Assembly: GCA_038245785.1 (NCBI GenBank)
Contig: JBBRSB010000005.1
Coordinates: forward strand, 32,001-96,000
From: Gloeobacterales cyanobacterium
GTDB lineage: Bacteria > Cyanobacteriota > Cyanobacteriia > Gloeobacterales > PMM-0068
Direction: 5' to 3'
DNA: 64,000 bases
The notes under the pieces: model-generated
Seen by the model: the letters and a program-made list of their open reading frames with translations, nothing else
Databases searched by the model: none
Told to the model about the DNA's origin: nothing
Translations under genes and position numbers: made by a program
Part shown: piece after piece, positions 9,740 through 20,150 of the stretch
Layout: the number at the start of each line of letters is the position of its first letter
Numbering within the stretch: the stretch's first letter is position 1

Positions 9740-11388
9740 CGGGTCCGCGCTAAGGTCCAACCTTGAACTTGCCCCAAGGATTGGTAAACAAAGCCAACTT
9801 TGTCTAGCGCTTGGCGTGATTCTGGGGAGAGCCACAAGACTTTTGGTTCTTCGGTACTAATCACTTTCGCTGCGGTTGTTTCATTTCCTGGAGTAGGCGC
9901 ATAAAAAGCGAGGGCTGCGAACTCTGTGAAACGGTCACCGTTGCCTTCAAAAACCAAATCAATCGGTTCTTGGGAATTTACTAAAGTGATTAATTTCTGC
10001 TGGCTAAATTCTTTAAAAGCAGGACTATAGTTCCCCAGAGAAGTGGTCCCTGCCGCCAGAATCAGGGTTAGCCAGGGAGCTCCAATTACGCTGCCAGCCC
10101 AAAAAGGAAGCCACTGTCCTAACCAGCCTCGATTCATATAGCAGACCAAAGGGAACAGCCAACCGATGCCTAAAGCCGTCGCTAAAGGAAGATAGGGAAA
10201 TGCACTAGGAATCAGACTGGGCGAAAGATAGAGCGCTACAACAAGACCCAGTAAAAGCAGGGCAAACAACCCAATCAAGTAGCTTAACCAAGCAATTCCC
10301 TGTTCAGGACGTGCTACATAAGCCCCTGCATAGGTAGCACTTCTACTTTGCTCACGGGTGGTCTGCTGCCAAAGTCGGTCTAGCGCAACTCCAGCCAAAA
10401 GTGCCAAAAAAGGACAAATCTGGACTAGATAATAGGGGGTTTTTGTTTGAAAGATCTGGAGGAGTACAAGGAAAGCAAAAGGGTAGGTGAGTGGTAAAAA
10501 ATTGGATTCTTTTCGCTCTTGCCAAAGCACCCAAGCGCCTGCCAACGCGAAAAGAGTCCAAGGGAATGTATTGGCTGGCAGGTTCCATAAATAGTAGAAA
10601 GGTCCTACATGGTGAAAGTCTCGCTTGCTTAGAGAGAAGAGAATGCCGAATAGCCCATCATAGACAGCAGTTCCATAGGCTTTGCTGGCTAGCCAGTACC
10701 AGACACCAAAGAGGGCTAAACCCGCTCCAGCCCCAATATAGAGATAGGAATTTTGGAGCAGTTTATGTCGTTTGTTTTGAAAAAGGAAGTAGGGCAGCAG
10801 AGCGACAACGGGAACTAAAGCCATAGAACTTTTGAGCAAGATACTGAGACCCAGCATCACGCCCCACCCGATAGCCACAAAACGCGTTCCAGTCTTAGGT
10901 GCTTGCAGGAGACACCAAATGCCCACTAATTCCAAGAAGGTTAAAACAACATCCTGCCCGGCTAACCGCCCATTGCTCATCCACAAATAGATGGTCGGTA
11001 ATATCAAGGCTCCCAAGAAAGCCCGGCGAGCCTCAAAAAATTCTCGCCCAATAAAATAGGTCATCAAAACGCCCAGAAGGGCGGCCAGGCTGCTTGGGAA
11101 ACGCGCACTCCACTCACTCACACCGAACAGGCTATAGCTGGTGGCGATCAGCCATTGATTAAGCGGGGGTTTTTCAAAATAGGGATTGCCCAAAAAAGTA
11201 GGAGCCAGCCAGTTTCCACTGAGGTACATCTCACGGGCCATCTGCGCATAGTAGCCTTCGTCAGACCCCGCCATACTCTGCTGGCCTGAGTTTACCCATA
11301 GGGTGGGTATAGTCCAGAGGAGCAGCAGGCCACTGTACAACCAATCTAGAGCAGCAGGTGTACGGTTGGGTTCGTAGCGGACAATCAT
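9736..11388 (-). CDS. ArnT/GT39-family membrane glycosyltransferase
   Basis: DEGYYAQMAREM, FEKPPL and FGVSEWSARFP motifs; many TM helices. Confidence 0.9.
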   Translation of the reverse strand: MIVRYEPNRTPAALDWLYSGLLLLWTIPTLWVNSGQQSMAGSDEGYYAQMAREMYLSGNWLAPTFLGNPYFEKPPLNQWLIATSYSLFGVSEWSARFPSSLAALLGVLMTYFIGREFFEARRAFLGALILPTIYLWMSNGRLAGQDVVLTFLELVGIWCLLQAPKTGTRFVAIGWGVMLGLSILLKSSMALVPVVALLPYFLFQNKRHKLLQNSYLYIGAGAGLALFGVWYWLASKAYGTAVYDGLFGILFSLSKRDFHHVGPFYYLWNLPANTFPWTLFALAGAWVLWQERKESNFLPLTYPFAFLVLLQIFQTKTPYYLVQICPFLALLAGVALDRLWQQTTREQSRSATYAGAYVARPEQGIAWLSYLIGLFALLLLGLVVALYLSPSLIPSAFPYLPLATALGIGWLFPLVCYMNRGWLGQWLPFWAGSVIGAPWLTLILAAGTTSLGNYSPAFKEFSQQKLITLVNSQEPIDLVFEGNGDRFTEFAALAFYAPTPGNETTAAKVISTEEPKVLWLSPESRQALDKVGFVYQSLGQVQGWTLARTR

Positions 11389-11520
11389 GACGTAGCCCTG
11401 AAGATTTGACGAAGAATTTGGTAGAAGTGAAATATTTCACCAAAGGTATTGTTTATTAGCTAGTTACTCAAGGCATCATATGTTTTATAGTTAGAGATTG
11501 TCAGAGAACGGAGCGGATCA

Positions 11521-11811
11521 GTGCCCAATATTAAGTCGGCTATCAAACGCGTGGAAGTGGCGGAGCGTAACCGTCAGCGTAATGTGCAGTACAAGTCTAC
11601 AATCAAGACCTTAGTTAAGAAATCCTTAATAGCCGTGGATGCTTACGGACAAAATAACACACCGGAGACCCTGTCCAGCGTCAATGCAGCGATCGCAGAA
11701 GCTTATTCAAAAATTGATAAGGCTGCTGGTCATGGGGTAATGCATAAAAATACTGCTAGCCGCAAAAAAGCTCGTTTGGCTGCTGCCCTGCAAAGAGCGA
11801 CCAAAGTTTAG
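11521..11811 (+). CDS. rpsT: 30S ribosomal protein S20
   Basis: MPNIKSAIKRV...IDKAAGHGVMHKNTASRKKARL. Confidence 0.98.
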   Translation: MPNIKSAIKRVEVAERNRQRNVQYKSTIKTLVKKSLIAVDAYGQNNTPETLSSVNAAIAEAYSKIDKAAGHGVMHKNTASRKKARLAAALQRATKV

Positions 11812-12479
11812 GTCTTGGGCAATAGGGGGACGTGGTCGCTACTCTGAGCATCCCTAAGCTCTAGATTGAAAACCTGGGCGAAGCTCTGGATGACCATGGG
11901 CTGAATTTGCTCTATGGTCACATTGGGAAGCCATTGTTGTATAGACCCTACCTCCCGGCCCGTAAGCCCACAGGGCACAATCCGCTCGAATCCCTTGAGG
12001 TCTGGACAGACATTCAAGGCAAATCCGTGCATGCTAATCCAGCGAGAAACCTTGATCCCTAGGGCACAAACTTTACGGCCCTGGCACCAAACTCCCGTTA
12101 AACCAGCGATTCGTTCTCCTGGTAGCCCTAGGTGCGCCAAAACTCCAAGCTGGACTTCTTCGAGCTGACGCAGATATTGATGAAGGTCTTTGCCGTGATG
12201 GGTGAGATCCAAAATCGGATAACCGATCAATTGCCCTGGGGCATGATAGGTGACTTCTCCTCCTCGTTCGATACGGTGAAGCTCTGCCTCACCTTGGGTG
12301 AATAGAACGTGGCGGGGGTCTGCTCCTTGGCCCAAGGTATAGACGGGAGGATGTTCTAAGAGCATCAAAAGGTCGGGCCGACTACGGTCTTGCACTTTCC
12401 AGGCCAAGAGCATTTTTTGCCACAGCCAGGCCGTAGTGTAGGGAACGGTTCCGAAAGAAAGAACGATGCAGTCCCTCAT
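11808..12479 (-). CDS. lipB: Lipoyl(octanoyl) transferase
   Basis: LEHPPVYTLG, RGGEVTYHAPGQ, HGFALNV and IVPCG motifs. Start set at ATG 12479, which overlaps the upstream stop. Confidence 0.96.
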   Translation of the reverse strand: MRDCIVLSFGTVPYTTAWLWQKMLLAWKVQDRSRPDLLMLLEHPPVYTLGQGADPRHVLFTQGEAELHRIERGGEVTYHAPGQLIGYPILDLTHHGKDLHQYLRQLEEVQLGVLAHLGLPGERIAGLTGVWCQGRKVCALGIKVSRWISMHGFALNVCPDLKGFERIVPCGLTGREVGSIQQWLPNVTIEQIQPMVIQSFAQVFNLELRDAQSSDHVPLLPKT

Positions 12480-12880
12480 AGCTCTAGAGAAATAGCATCC
12501 ACAGGACAAACGGGGATGCATTGCTCACAGACAACGCAACGACTACGGGTGAACTGTAGTTGGAAGGTCTGCTTGTTGAGCGATAGGGCACCTGTGGGGC
12601 AGACGGCGGTACAAAGGCCACAGTGGACACAGGACTGTTCATCAATGGAAATTTCCTGCCCCAGTTGCGACACCTGAATGCTTTGATCTCGCATCCAGCT
12701 CAAAGAGGCTTCCATCTGGTCAATATCCCCAGAAAGCTCCACGACTAATTTTCCGACTTCATCCGGAGCCACCTGAGCTCGGAGGATATTACAGGCAATA
12801 TTGAAGTCTTTAGCCAGTCGATAGGTGACGGGCATGTGCACGTTTTGAGGAGAAAAAGTCAGAATGACTCGTTTACGCAT
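12476..12880 (-). CDS. NIL-domain 2x[4Fe-4S] ferredoxin
   Basis: NIL motif (CNILRA) and two CxxCxxCxxxCP motifs. Confidence 0.93.
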   Translation of the reverse strand: MRKRVILTFSPQNVHMPVTYRLAKDFNIACNILRAQVAPDEVGKLVVELSGDIDQMEASLSWMRDQSIQVSQLGQEISIDEQSCVHCGLCTAVCPTGALSLNKQTFQLQFTRSRCVVCEQCIPVCPVDAISLEL

Positions 12881-12917
12881 AGCAATCTGAGCCTGTTGGT
12901 TTGCCCTCTCCCATCAT

Positions 12918-12984
12918 ATAAGTAGCTAGGTAGAATTAAATAGAAGTCCCCCTCGAGGGGGACGGCGATAGCCGGAGGTTATCC
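12918..12984 (+). repeat. Small dispersed palindromic repeat, copy 1
   Basis: ATAAGTAGCTAGGTAGAATTAA followed by GTCCCCCT-CG-AGGGGGACGGCGATAGC; homologous to the reverse complement of 59112-59209. Confidence 0.8.
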
Positions 12985-13172
12985 TAGGAAACTTTTAGAA
13001 TCTCAAGCTGATACTTTTACATGGTTAACCGAGGTAGATAGCAAGCCTGTCCATGGTTTTGCCTGCCCTAGCTTTGATGATGTGATGAAGCGTAGTCCTT
13101 TTGCTGAATAGGGGTTGAACTTTATCTGCAATGTTATTACATTAGTATTACTGCTTCTTTAAGGATGCGACT

Positions 13173-13397
13173 ATGTACACGCTAAAGATTCGTCGAGTTG
13201 GAAATTCTCAAGGCATTACTCTGCCCAAAGAGCTTTTGCAAAAGTTAAATGTGCGCGAGGGGGATAGTGTATTTGTCACTGAAACTGCTGAGGGGGTTCA
13301 ACTCACTGCCTATGACCCTGAGTTTGAAAAAGCGATGGCAGCTTATAGAAAAGTGAGCAGCAAGTACAAAAATGCCTTGCGTGAACTCGCTCAATGA
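13173..13397 (+). CDS. AbrB/MazE-family antitoxin
   Basis: LKIRRVGNSQGITLPKELL; ATGA overlap with the Doc toxin gene. Confidence 0.92.
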   Translation: MYTLKIRRVGNSQGITLPKELLQKLNVREGDSVFVTETAEGVQLTAYDPEFEKAMAAYRKVSSKYKNALRELAQ

Positions 13398-13783
13398 AGG
13401 AACCTTTTTGGCTAAATGAGCGCATGGTCAGGGCCATGCATGCTGACCAAATATTACAGCATGGGGGTAGTTCAGGCATTCGAGATGAAAATTTGCTCTC
13501 GGCTAGTCTAGCTAGGCCGCGACACGTATTTACCTATGCGGATACTCCGACTTTATTCGATTTAGCGGCAGCATATGGTTACGGCTTGGCAAAAAATCAT
13601 CCATTTATAGATGGGAACAAAAGGACTGCCTTTGTTGTAATGGCAGCTTTTCTGGAGTTAAATGGCTATTCTCTCAATGCTCCGGAAATGGAAGTCGTTT
13701 TAATCATGGAACGTTTAGCGACCGATCAGGAAAGTCAAGAATCATTGTCTGAATGGCTTAGGGAGAAATCAGTCCTGCTTTAA
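13394..13783 (+). CDS. doc: Doc/Fic-family toxin
   Basis: Fic/Doc motif HPFIDGNKRTA. Confidence 0.93.
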   Translation: MKEPFWLNERMVRAMHADQILQHGGSSGIRDENLLSASLARPRHVFTYADTPTLFDLAAAYGYGLAKNHPFIDGNKRTAFVVMAAFLELNGYSLNAPEMEVVLIMERLATDQESQESLSEWLREKSVLL

Positions 13784-13809
13784 GTCGCTAAGATGAAACA
13801 TCGAAGTTC

Positions 13810-16485
13810 TTAATCTTTTTGCAAGACAAAAGCAATAGCATCAGCTCGATTTTTAAGCTCACCATCTAATTGCTTTTCTCGGAGTGTAGCTAAGATGCTC
13901 TTAAAGGCCGGGCCTGGTTTTAAACCTAAACTCTTGAGATCATTTCCGGTGAGCAAGGGAGCTGTTTCTTTCCAGGCTTTTAGATACTGGTGAATTGTCT
14001 GACGCAAAGGTGAAGAAGCACGAGCTGCGAGCAGGAGTAGGAGTTCATAGGAAATAGCTTCCAAGTGTCCATAGACCACACTGGCTTTAGCATTTACCTT
14101 CAAGGCTTGCTCTAGCTTTTCTTCTAGAGCGAACAGCTGCTCTAAGCGTTCAAAAGATTCTCCAGAGAGATTTAATTGGCCTGCTACTTGTAGAGATTCT
14201 CTCAAAGACAAAGTAGACAGAATCAGTTCTAAGCGCAATAGCCAGGGATGTTGGAGTCGGTTACTTTCAGGCATTTGATGTTTCAGAATAGACCACCAAC
14301 GATTCATTCTATGTAGTTGGCGAATGAATGCGGGTGACTGAGTGATTCCTTCAAGCTTAGGATGAATACAGCGGAGGGCTCCCAGTACATCCAAATGTTT
14401 AAGCGCTGCCAGCCAATGCCCTGATTCCAGAATGTAGCGGACTTCTGTTTTTAAGCGATCCCCACCGACTCCATCATGGAGACCCGATTGAAGGGCATAA
14501 AGGATATGGCTCTCCGTTTGTGGCTCCAACGCGAATTGCAAACGAGTCGCAAAGCGTACGGCTCGAAAAATACGGGTTGGATCTTCGATAAAACTATTGG
14601 CATGAAGAACACGGACTTGTTTCTTTTCAAGATCGTCCAAGCCTCCGAAGAAATCTAAGAGCACCCCTTGCTCGGGGCCATTTAAGCAGATAGCCATCGC
14701 GTTAACCGTGAAATCTCGACGATAGAGATCCTGACGAATAGAAGAAGACTCTACCTCTGGGTTGGCTGCGGGGTAAGCATAAAACTCAGTGCGGGCCGTG
14801 GCAATATCCAACATCAAACGGTCAGGCCATAGAAGCGTGGCTGTTTGATAGCGACCATAGACTTCTAGGCGAGTTTCCGGATAATCCTGTTGCAGTTGTT
14901 CGGCTAAATGAACAGCCATACTCGAAGAAGACCCGTCTGTCGGCACTTCCCCGGTTTCGAGGTTTCCTAGCTCCACCACTACGTCTAAATCAATATTTTC
15001 GGTAGGGTGATCCAAGAGCACATCCCGAACGGCACCGCCTACCAGATAGAGTTTCAGTTCCAGGGTATCGGCGTGCTTACCCGCTTGCGTGAGAATAGAC
15101 CACACCCGTGCCGGTAACTTTTGGGCCAGGAGGTCTACATTGCGGTAAGGAGTGATCGCATAAGTGGGTTTTCGGCCGTTTCTAGAGTTTTGCAGCGTAA
15201 GATGCCGCAATACGTCAGTGCGAGAAACAATGCCCACCAATCGGCCAGCCTGCATCACGGGTAAACGACCAATATCAAATTTGACCATCAGCTCTTCGAT
15301 TTCGGACAGGGGCGTGGTGGGGGTGATCGTTCTTACCAGGCGCGGCATATATCCCTTCACCGGAGCGTGACCAAAACCGTGGTGAAGAGCGATGTCTATA
15401 TCTCGACGGGTCACAATCCCTGTAAGCGCACCTGTTTCATCAACTACGGGTAAGCCCGAATGGCCATAGCGCAATAGGACCCGCTGAGCTTCCTGAATCG
15501 TGCACTCCGGGCGAACGGTTCGTACTGGGCTGGACATTAATACTTTTGCTAAAACGGGACGGGGCAGAAGTTCTAGAAGTTTCTGTTTGAGTTCCTCTAA
15601 AATTGCCTCACTGCTACTTCCTCTGATTTGGGCTGAGGCTGCCTGGGCATGACCGCCACCGCCATAGTCACTAAACAAAACGCCAAGGTCTACCCCTTCG
15701 ATACGCGAACGCCCAATGAGACTGTTACGGACTACCTCTCGGTCTTGATGACCGGCGACGAAAAGACAGAGGTCTAGATTCTGCATATCTACTAAAGAAG
15801 AGACCAAGGCAGAAAGCCCAACCGTAAATTGGGGAAGGGTAATCGCTACGTACCCCAGACGATAGTGCCCATGAGTTTCTACGACTAATTGCTCTAAGAC
15901 CTCAGGCAAAAGCAGCTGCACTTCCTCCGTCAGCCCTCCCTCCACATACTCCTGGACCACCTTGAGATTTACACCTTGGGTCATCAACCAAGCCAGGGCT
16001 AAGGCATCGCGCGAGGTACTGGCTGGGTAGGTCAAAGAGCCAGTGTCTACATGAATACCAAGCGCCATGACCGTACTTTCATTGGCGTTCACAGAAAGAG
16101 ATTGGGACTGCAATTTTTCCGCGATGATCGTGCAGGTAGACCCCACAGGCTCGATCCAAGATTCAAAGGGCTTGAACGTAGCAGGCTGTCCTGGATGATG
16201 GTCGAATAGATAAACTTTTTGGGCTTGCTGAATCCAGGCTCCACAGGCTCCAAATCGCTCTTCGTCCTGAGCATCCACCAGAATGAGCGAGCGAATTTTT
16301 TTAGGATGGACGGCACGAGCTTCTATAAAAGGAAATTCATCTCGATAGAGCGCGAGAAACTTTTTAAGGCTGGGATGAGCCCCTCCCGTCAACACAATCT
16401 TGGCCCCAGGCCATAGCCGAGCGGCCCCCACCGCTGCGCCGAGGGTATCGAAATCTGCCGTGGTATGACAAAGAATTAGATCCAC
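13810..16485 (-). CDS. DHH-CBS-PolA-family tRNA nucleotidyltransferase (probably A-adding)
   Basis: HTTADFD, DHH and GGGH motifs, CBS pair, VGGAVRD, DLYRRDFTVNA, EDPTRIFRAVRF. Confidence 0.92.
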   Translation of the reverse strand: MDLILCHTTADFDTLGAAVGAARLWPGAKIVLTGGAHPSLKKFLALYRDEFPFIEARAVHPKKIRSLILVDAQDEERFGACGAWIQQAQKVYLFDHHPGQPATFKPFESWIEPVGSTCTIIAEKLQSQSLSVNANESTVMALGIHVDTGSLTYPASTSRDALALAWLMTQGVNLKVVQEYVEGGLTEEVQLLLPEVLEQLVVETHGHYRLGYVAITLPQFTVGLSALVSSLVDMQNLDLCLFVAGHQDREVVRNSLIGRSRIEGVDLGVLFSDYGGGGHAQAASAQIRGSSSEAILEELKQKLLELLPRPVLAKVLMSSPVRTVRPECTIQEAQRVLLRYGHSGLPVVDETGALTGIVTRRDIDIALHHGFGHAPVKGYMPRLVRTITPTTPLSEIEELMVKFDIGRLPVMQAGRLVGIVSRTDVLRHLTLQNSRNGRKPTYAITPYRNVDLLAQKLPARVWSILTQAGKHADTLELKLYLVGGAVRDVLLDHPTENIDLDVVVELGNLETGEVPTDGSSSSMAVHLAEQLQQDYPETRLEVYGRYQTATLLWPDRLMLDIATARTEFYAYPAANPEVESSSIRQDLYRRDFTVNAMAICLNGPEQGVLLDFFGGLDDLEKKQVRVLHANSFIEDPTRIFRAVRFATRLQFALEPQTESHILYALQSGLHDGVGGDRLKTEVRYILESGHWLAALKHLDVLGALRCIHPKLEGITQSPAFIRQLHRMNRWWSILKHQMPESNRLQHPWLLRLELILSTLSLRESLQVAGQLNLSGESFERLEQLFALEEKLEQALKVNAKASVVYGHLEAISYELLLLLAARASSPLRQTIHQYLKAWKETAPLLTGNDLKSLGLKPGPAFKSILATLREKQLDGELKNRADAIAFVLQKD

Positions 16486-16611
16486 AAGATTTGTATGAGC
16501 CTCCGCTTCTATCCTAGAGCTAGAGCAGCAACCCCGGCGATATTGCCCACGAGCAAGACATCCGAATTCAACACTTGTATAGAATGGAGATTCATCGTGG
16601 AGTGAAGCTGT

Positions 16612-16836
16612 ATGTCAGACTTACTCAAGAGAATTACGGTTAACCCTAAACAGTGTGGTGGTCGCCCCTGTATCCGAGGGATGAGAATTCGAGTATCAGA
16701 TGTACTAGACCTGTTTGCTGCCGGACTTAGTGCTGAACAAATTTTGGAAGAGATGCCTGATTTGGAGGCAGATGATCTGAAAGCAGCACTTCTATATGCC
16801 TCACGTAAGCTCAATCATCCAGTGTTAGTGGCATGA
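16612..16836 (+). CDS. DUF433 antitoxin
   Basis: RITVNPKQCGGRPCIRGMRIRV. Confidence 0.92.
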   Translation: MSDLLKRITVNPKQCGGRPCIRGMRIRVSDVLDLFAAGLSAEQILEEMPDLEADDLKAALLYASRKLNHPVLVA

Positions 16837-17174
16837 CAATCTGGGTAGATGCTCATTTGTCCCCTGCGATTGCAACTTGGATCACTAGCACTTTTTTTGG
16901 CATAACAGCATTGGCTTTGCGCGATCTTGGTTTGAGAGATGCTGAAGACCCTGAAATTTTTGAAAGAGCAAAAGCTCAAGATGTGATTTTCATGACTAAG
17001 GACAGTGACTTTGTGGATTTGGTTGATCGATTTGGAGCGCCACCAAAAGTCATTTGGTTGACCTGTGGAAATACATCAAATGCTCGGCTACGGGAGATTC
17101 TGAGTACAACGTTGTTAGCAGCACTCGAACTGTTACGAGCAGGCGAAGGATTGGTCGAGATCAGTGGAGATTAG
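16833..17174 (+). CDS. DUF5615 PIN-like toxin
   Basis: IWVDAHLSP...D.EIF...TKDSDF; ATGA coupling to DUF433. Confidence 0.9.
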   Translation: MTIWVDAHLSPAIATWITSTFFGITALALRDLGLRDAEDPEIFERAKAQDVIFMTKDSDFVDLVDRFGAPPKVIWLTCGNTSNARLREILSTTLLAALELLRAGEGLVEISGD

Positions 17175-17416
17175 CCTAATATGTGCCCTGAGGCAGACTA
17201 CTGAAGAGGTCCTATAGAGGAAATTGAGACCTAAACCTAAAAAATTGGGCAGTAAACTTCCCGCTATCCACTGAAATTTACCGAGGTTGTCTGCCTAGTG
17301 TGCTATTCAGGTGACTAGATAAAGAAAGTCAGTCAAAAAACAGGTGGCTTACATAGTCTACATACTCACTTAGTAAAAGATTATGATTGAAGCTGTAACA
17401 ACTATGAACAAAGCTT

Positions 17417-18127
17417 ATGCATTCATCCCAAGGTTCGCAGAATCCATCGCACAGAAAGACTTTCCAACTAATTTGTGAGTGCTTGGATGAAACAAAAAAA
17501 CTAAAAAAAGAGAAGGTTACTGAAAAACTTAAGGATTATGGAGGAAAACTAGCTCAATTACAACGCTTGCTAATTATTTATCCGAGAACTTCTTCTTCTG
17601 TTTTGCTTATTGTAAATTTTGTATTTTTTGTTGCCAGTTTGTTAATTATTAACTATTTTCCAATTCCTGATGAGATTCGTTTGACCCTATTTTGTATTTT
17701 CTTCGTTCTGTACTTCGCAATACCAATATTCCTTGAATGGCACATTTCTCAATTTAATATGGAATGGGATGAGAAATGGGGACGTGTTTTAGGTAGCTAT
17801 TTGGATAAAACAAATCTTAATCCGATTCAAGCAGAACGTAGAATTAAAAGAGCAATTCGTTACTACAGTAGTAAAGGTAGACCTTTTAGTTTTATTGTCA
17901 ATCTTTTGGGAAGTGGGATCTTTATAGGTTGTCTTTCTGATCCAGCTTTTCAAAAAGCTCTTATGACAATGTCATGGACAGAAATATATAAAGCTAATTT
18001 GCTGGGGGCAGTGTGTACAGTTGTTATGCCACTTATCTATTACTACTGCATCATTAAGTACGACATACCTATAGCTTGGATGGAGAATGTTGCAATGCAA
18101 ATTGAGCTTGAAGGCTTAGATGATTAA
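17417..18127 (+). CDS. Hypothetical multi-TM membrane protein, AT-rich
   Basis: 236-aa ORF with about 4 hydrophobic segments; visibly lower GC than the core genes. Confidence 0.7.
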   Translation: MHSSQGSQNPSHRKTFQLICECLDETKKLKKEKVTEKLKDYGGKLAQLQRLLIIYPRTSSSVLLIVNFVFFVASLLIINYFPIPDEIRLTLFCIFFVLYFAIPIFLEWHISQFNMEWDEKWGRVLGSYLDKTNLNPIQAERRIKRAIRYYSSKGRPFSFIVNLLGSGIFIGCLSDPAFQKALMTMSWTEIYKANLLGAVCTVVMPLIYYYCIIKYDIPIAWMENVAMQIELEGLDD

Positions 18128-18154
18128 CTGCATAAAACTTGTACTTTCCAGCGA

Positions 18155-18355
18155 TCAAGATGCAAATAAAAGACACGCTCTAGTATCTGCCTCAACCAAA
18201 CCTTCATATTCTTCCAGAATCTCTGTCATAGTTGCGCCATAGGCGAGAAGATTCAGAATATACTCAACTGTAAGACGTGTTCCTCTAATGACTGGCTTTC
18301 CCGCCATGACTTTGGGATTGGTGGCGATTCGGTTCAAAAGTTCTTGGTCTGTCAT
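18155..18355 (-). CDS. Orphan DUF433 antitoxin, possibly C-terminally truncated
   Basis: RIATNPKVMAGKPVIRGTRLTV; no toxin gene follows. Confidence 0.8.
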   Translation of the reverse strand: MTDQELLNRIATNPKVMAGKPVIRGTRLTVEYILNLLAYGATMTEILEEYEGLVEADTRACLLFAS

Positions 18356-18475
18356 GATTCTAAAATGCTGTGTTTAATCGGTTATGACTATCATAAGCAA
18401 TCTTGCCATCTAGCAGAATCTATTGGTCCGGATGCAGCTATTGCGCAGATGGGAAATATGCGCAGAATTGAACAT

Positions 18476-18958
18476 ATGGCTAGCCCAACCGAGCATATTC
18501 AGCAACAGTTGCGAAATCAGCTAAATGAAGGTTCCTATATTCTTCCTCCGCTCAAGCGTTGGGGAGATGGGTCGCCTTTCTGGGGCGTATTGATTCGGCT
18601 CTCGCGAGATGAGGCGGAATCCTTCCGGACCCAGCCACCGCTTCACTCTCTTATTCCAGGAGAAGCGCCTGTCTTAGGACTTGCGATCGGGGGCAGCTAT
18701 GCCAAAGAAAGCGAACGTTTGGCTTCTGATATTGACCACCAAGGCTATGGCGGTATCGTCCAGTTCAATGACTACACCCATGACGATACATTTCTGCGTA
18801 TTGTCTTTGGAGAATTTCAGTATCCGATTTTGGTCCCCATAGACCATCTCAAAGACTTCTGGGCCGAATTAACCCTAGGTTGTTGTCGCCACTTCCTGAT
18901 GGTGGCCCATGAAAGCAATTGCTACGGATGGTGGGAATCGGACCTGCTATTAGGATAA
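18476..18958 (+). CDS. Hypothetical protein
   Basis: Part of ORF 18344-18958; ATG at 18476 (MASPTEH) preferred; family not recognised. Confidence 0.55.
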   Translation: MASPTEHIQQQLRNQLNEGSYILPPLKRWGDGSPFWGVLIRLSRDEAESFRTQPPLHSLIPGEAPVLGLAIGGSYAKESERLASDIDHQGYGGIVQFNDYTHDDTFLRIVFGEFQYPILVPIDHLKDFWAELTLGCCRHFLMVAHESNCYGWWESDLLLG

Positions 18959-19109
18959 GTGTTGCGAGATGTGTGCCAATGCTTAAGAGAATCTTAAGAA
19001 ATTTATTTTATCGGGGATCGCTTGAAGGCTCTCTGGATAAGAGCTTTGAGGGGATCGTCAGAAATTTCAGCTACTGAGATTATTTAAGAATATATTTTCA
19101 ATCTTCTTC

Positions 19110-19406
19110 ATGAAACAAGCTCTTTTAAAAAAATGCAGGTTTTGTAAATACTACGGCCAAGATCACGGCACACAGGGCGTCTGTACGCTCATGAATGTAC
19201 CCGTGCATGGTGAATGGCAAGCCTGTCGTATGGGAGTACTTGTTTTTACCTGTGAAGAAAGACTTGATGCTGCCTCTTTAGACGCTGACGCTATTTCTCC
19301 TTCCGCTCAGCCTTTTCAATATACGCATGCGCATATCCCCCAAGATGAAATGTGGCTGACCGGAAGTACTCATCATTCTCGTCACATGAAACAGGAAGCT
19401 ATATAG
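19110..19406 (+). CDS. Small Cys-rich cyanobacterial hypothetical protein
   Basis: CRFCKYY...GVCTLMNVPVHGEWQAC pattern seen in small cyanobacterial proteins. Confidence 0.7.
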   Translation: MKQALLKKCRFCKYYGQDHGTQGVCTLMNVPVHGEWQACRMGVLVFTCEERLDAASLDADAISPSAQPFQYTHAHIPQDEMWLTGSTHHSRHMKQEAI

Positions 19407-19529
19407 CTTGCTTCGGATAGGCATTTACCTCGACCATGTTCCTTTTTCTTCAACAAGAACTTTAGTCCCTTTTGAGATAGTCAAGGTCCTCACCGCCGCT
19501 CGGTCTTAAGGCAGGCGTAGAGTATCTTT

Positions 19530-20150
19530 CTACTTCCCTGCTTTGAAGATTTGCTCTGCGGTTAATTTCAAGTCAGGGAAAAGGGCTGATGCGATCGGGT
19601 CTGAATCTCTGAAATATTGAACCTGATATTCACCTTCTACTAGGGTGTATATCGAAAGGGTGGGTTGTTTAGAAAAACCGATGTAACGCTTGGCTCCCAG
19701 GGCTCGGTAGTCCACAATCCAGTACTCTGGAATCCCCATTAGCTCATAATCTGTGAGCTTGCGCCCGTAGTCATCTCGCCAGTTTGTGCTGACTACTTCG
19801 ATAGCAAGCTTAACCGATAAACCAAGGGTAATCGTTGAAGACTTCTTCCACAGAGACTCTGTCTCCATTGCATTTCGGTCCAGCACTAACAGGTCAGGCT
19901 GGTAGCCAGAGACAGCATTGGGAGACTTAACCAGGTAGGTTCTAGGAATGAAAAAGGGCAAATTGAGGCGATCGATGGCTACATTCAGTTTGCGGTTGAG
20001 AAACGCAGCGACCTCCTTGTGGTCCCCCGTTGGATTCATTTCAACGACCACCCCATCGATTAATTCATAGCGTCCTCTACCATCTGGATACCACTCCAGA
20101 AATTCTTCAAAGGTTCTGAAGGTTAGGACTGCGGGTAATGCTTGAGTTAT
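19530..20150 (-). CDS. Uma2 (DUF820) family endonuclease; expected start codon reads ATA
   Basis: AIEVVSTNWRDDY and GIPEYWIVD motifs. The frame extends upstream of the called GTG to ATA-ACT-CAA-GCA (ITQAL...TFEEFLEWYP) behind a GAGGA RBS. Confidence 0.85.
   Translation of the reverse strand: MTQALPAVLTFRTFEEFLEWYPDGRGRYELIDGVVVEMNPTGDHKEVAAFLNRKLNVAIDRLNLPFFIPRTYLVKSPNAVSGYQPDLLVLDRNAMETESLWKKSSTITLGLSVKLAIEVVSTNWRDDYGRKLTDYELMGIPEYWIVDYRALGAKRYIGFSKQPTLSIYTLVEGEYQVQYFRDSDPIASALFPDLKLTAEQIFKAGK

Noticed and set aside
17175..17296. GCCTAAT... after the DUF5615 toxin, resembling an attC start
   Set aside because: No convincing L''/L' pairing or properly spaced R'; too degenerate to call
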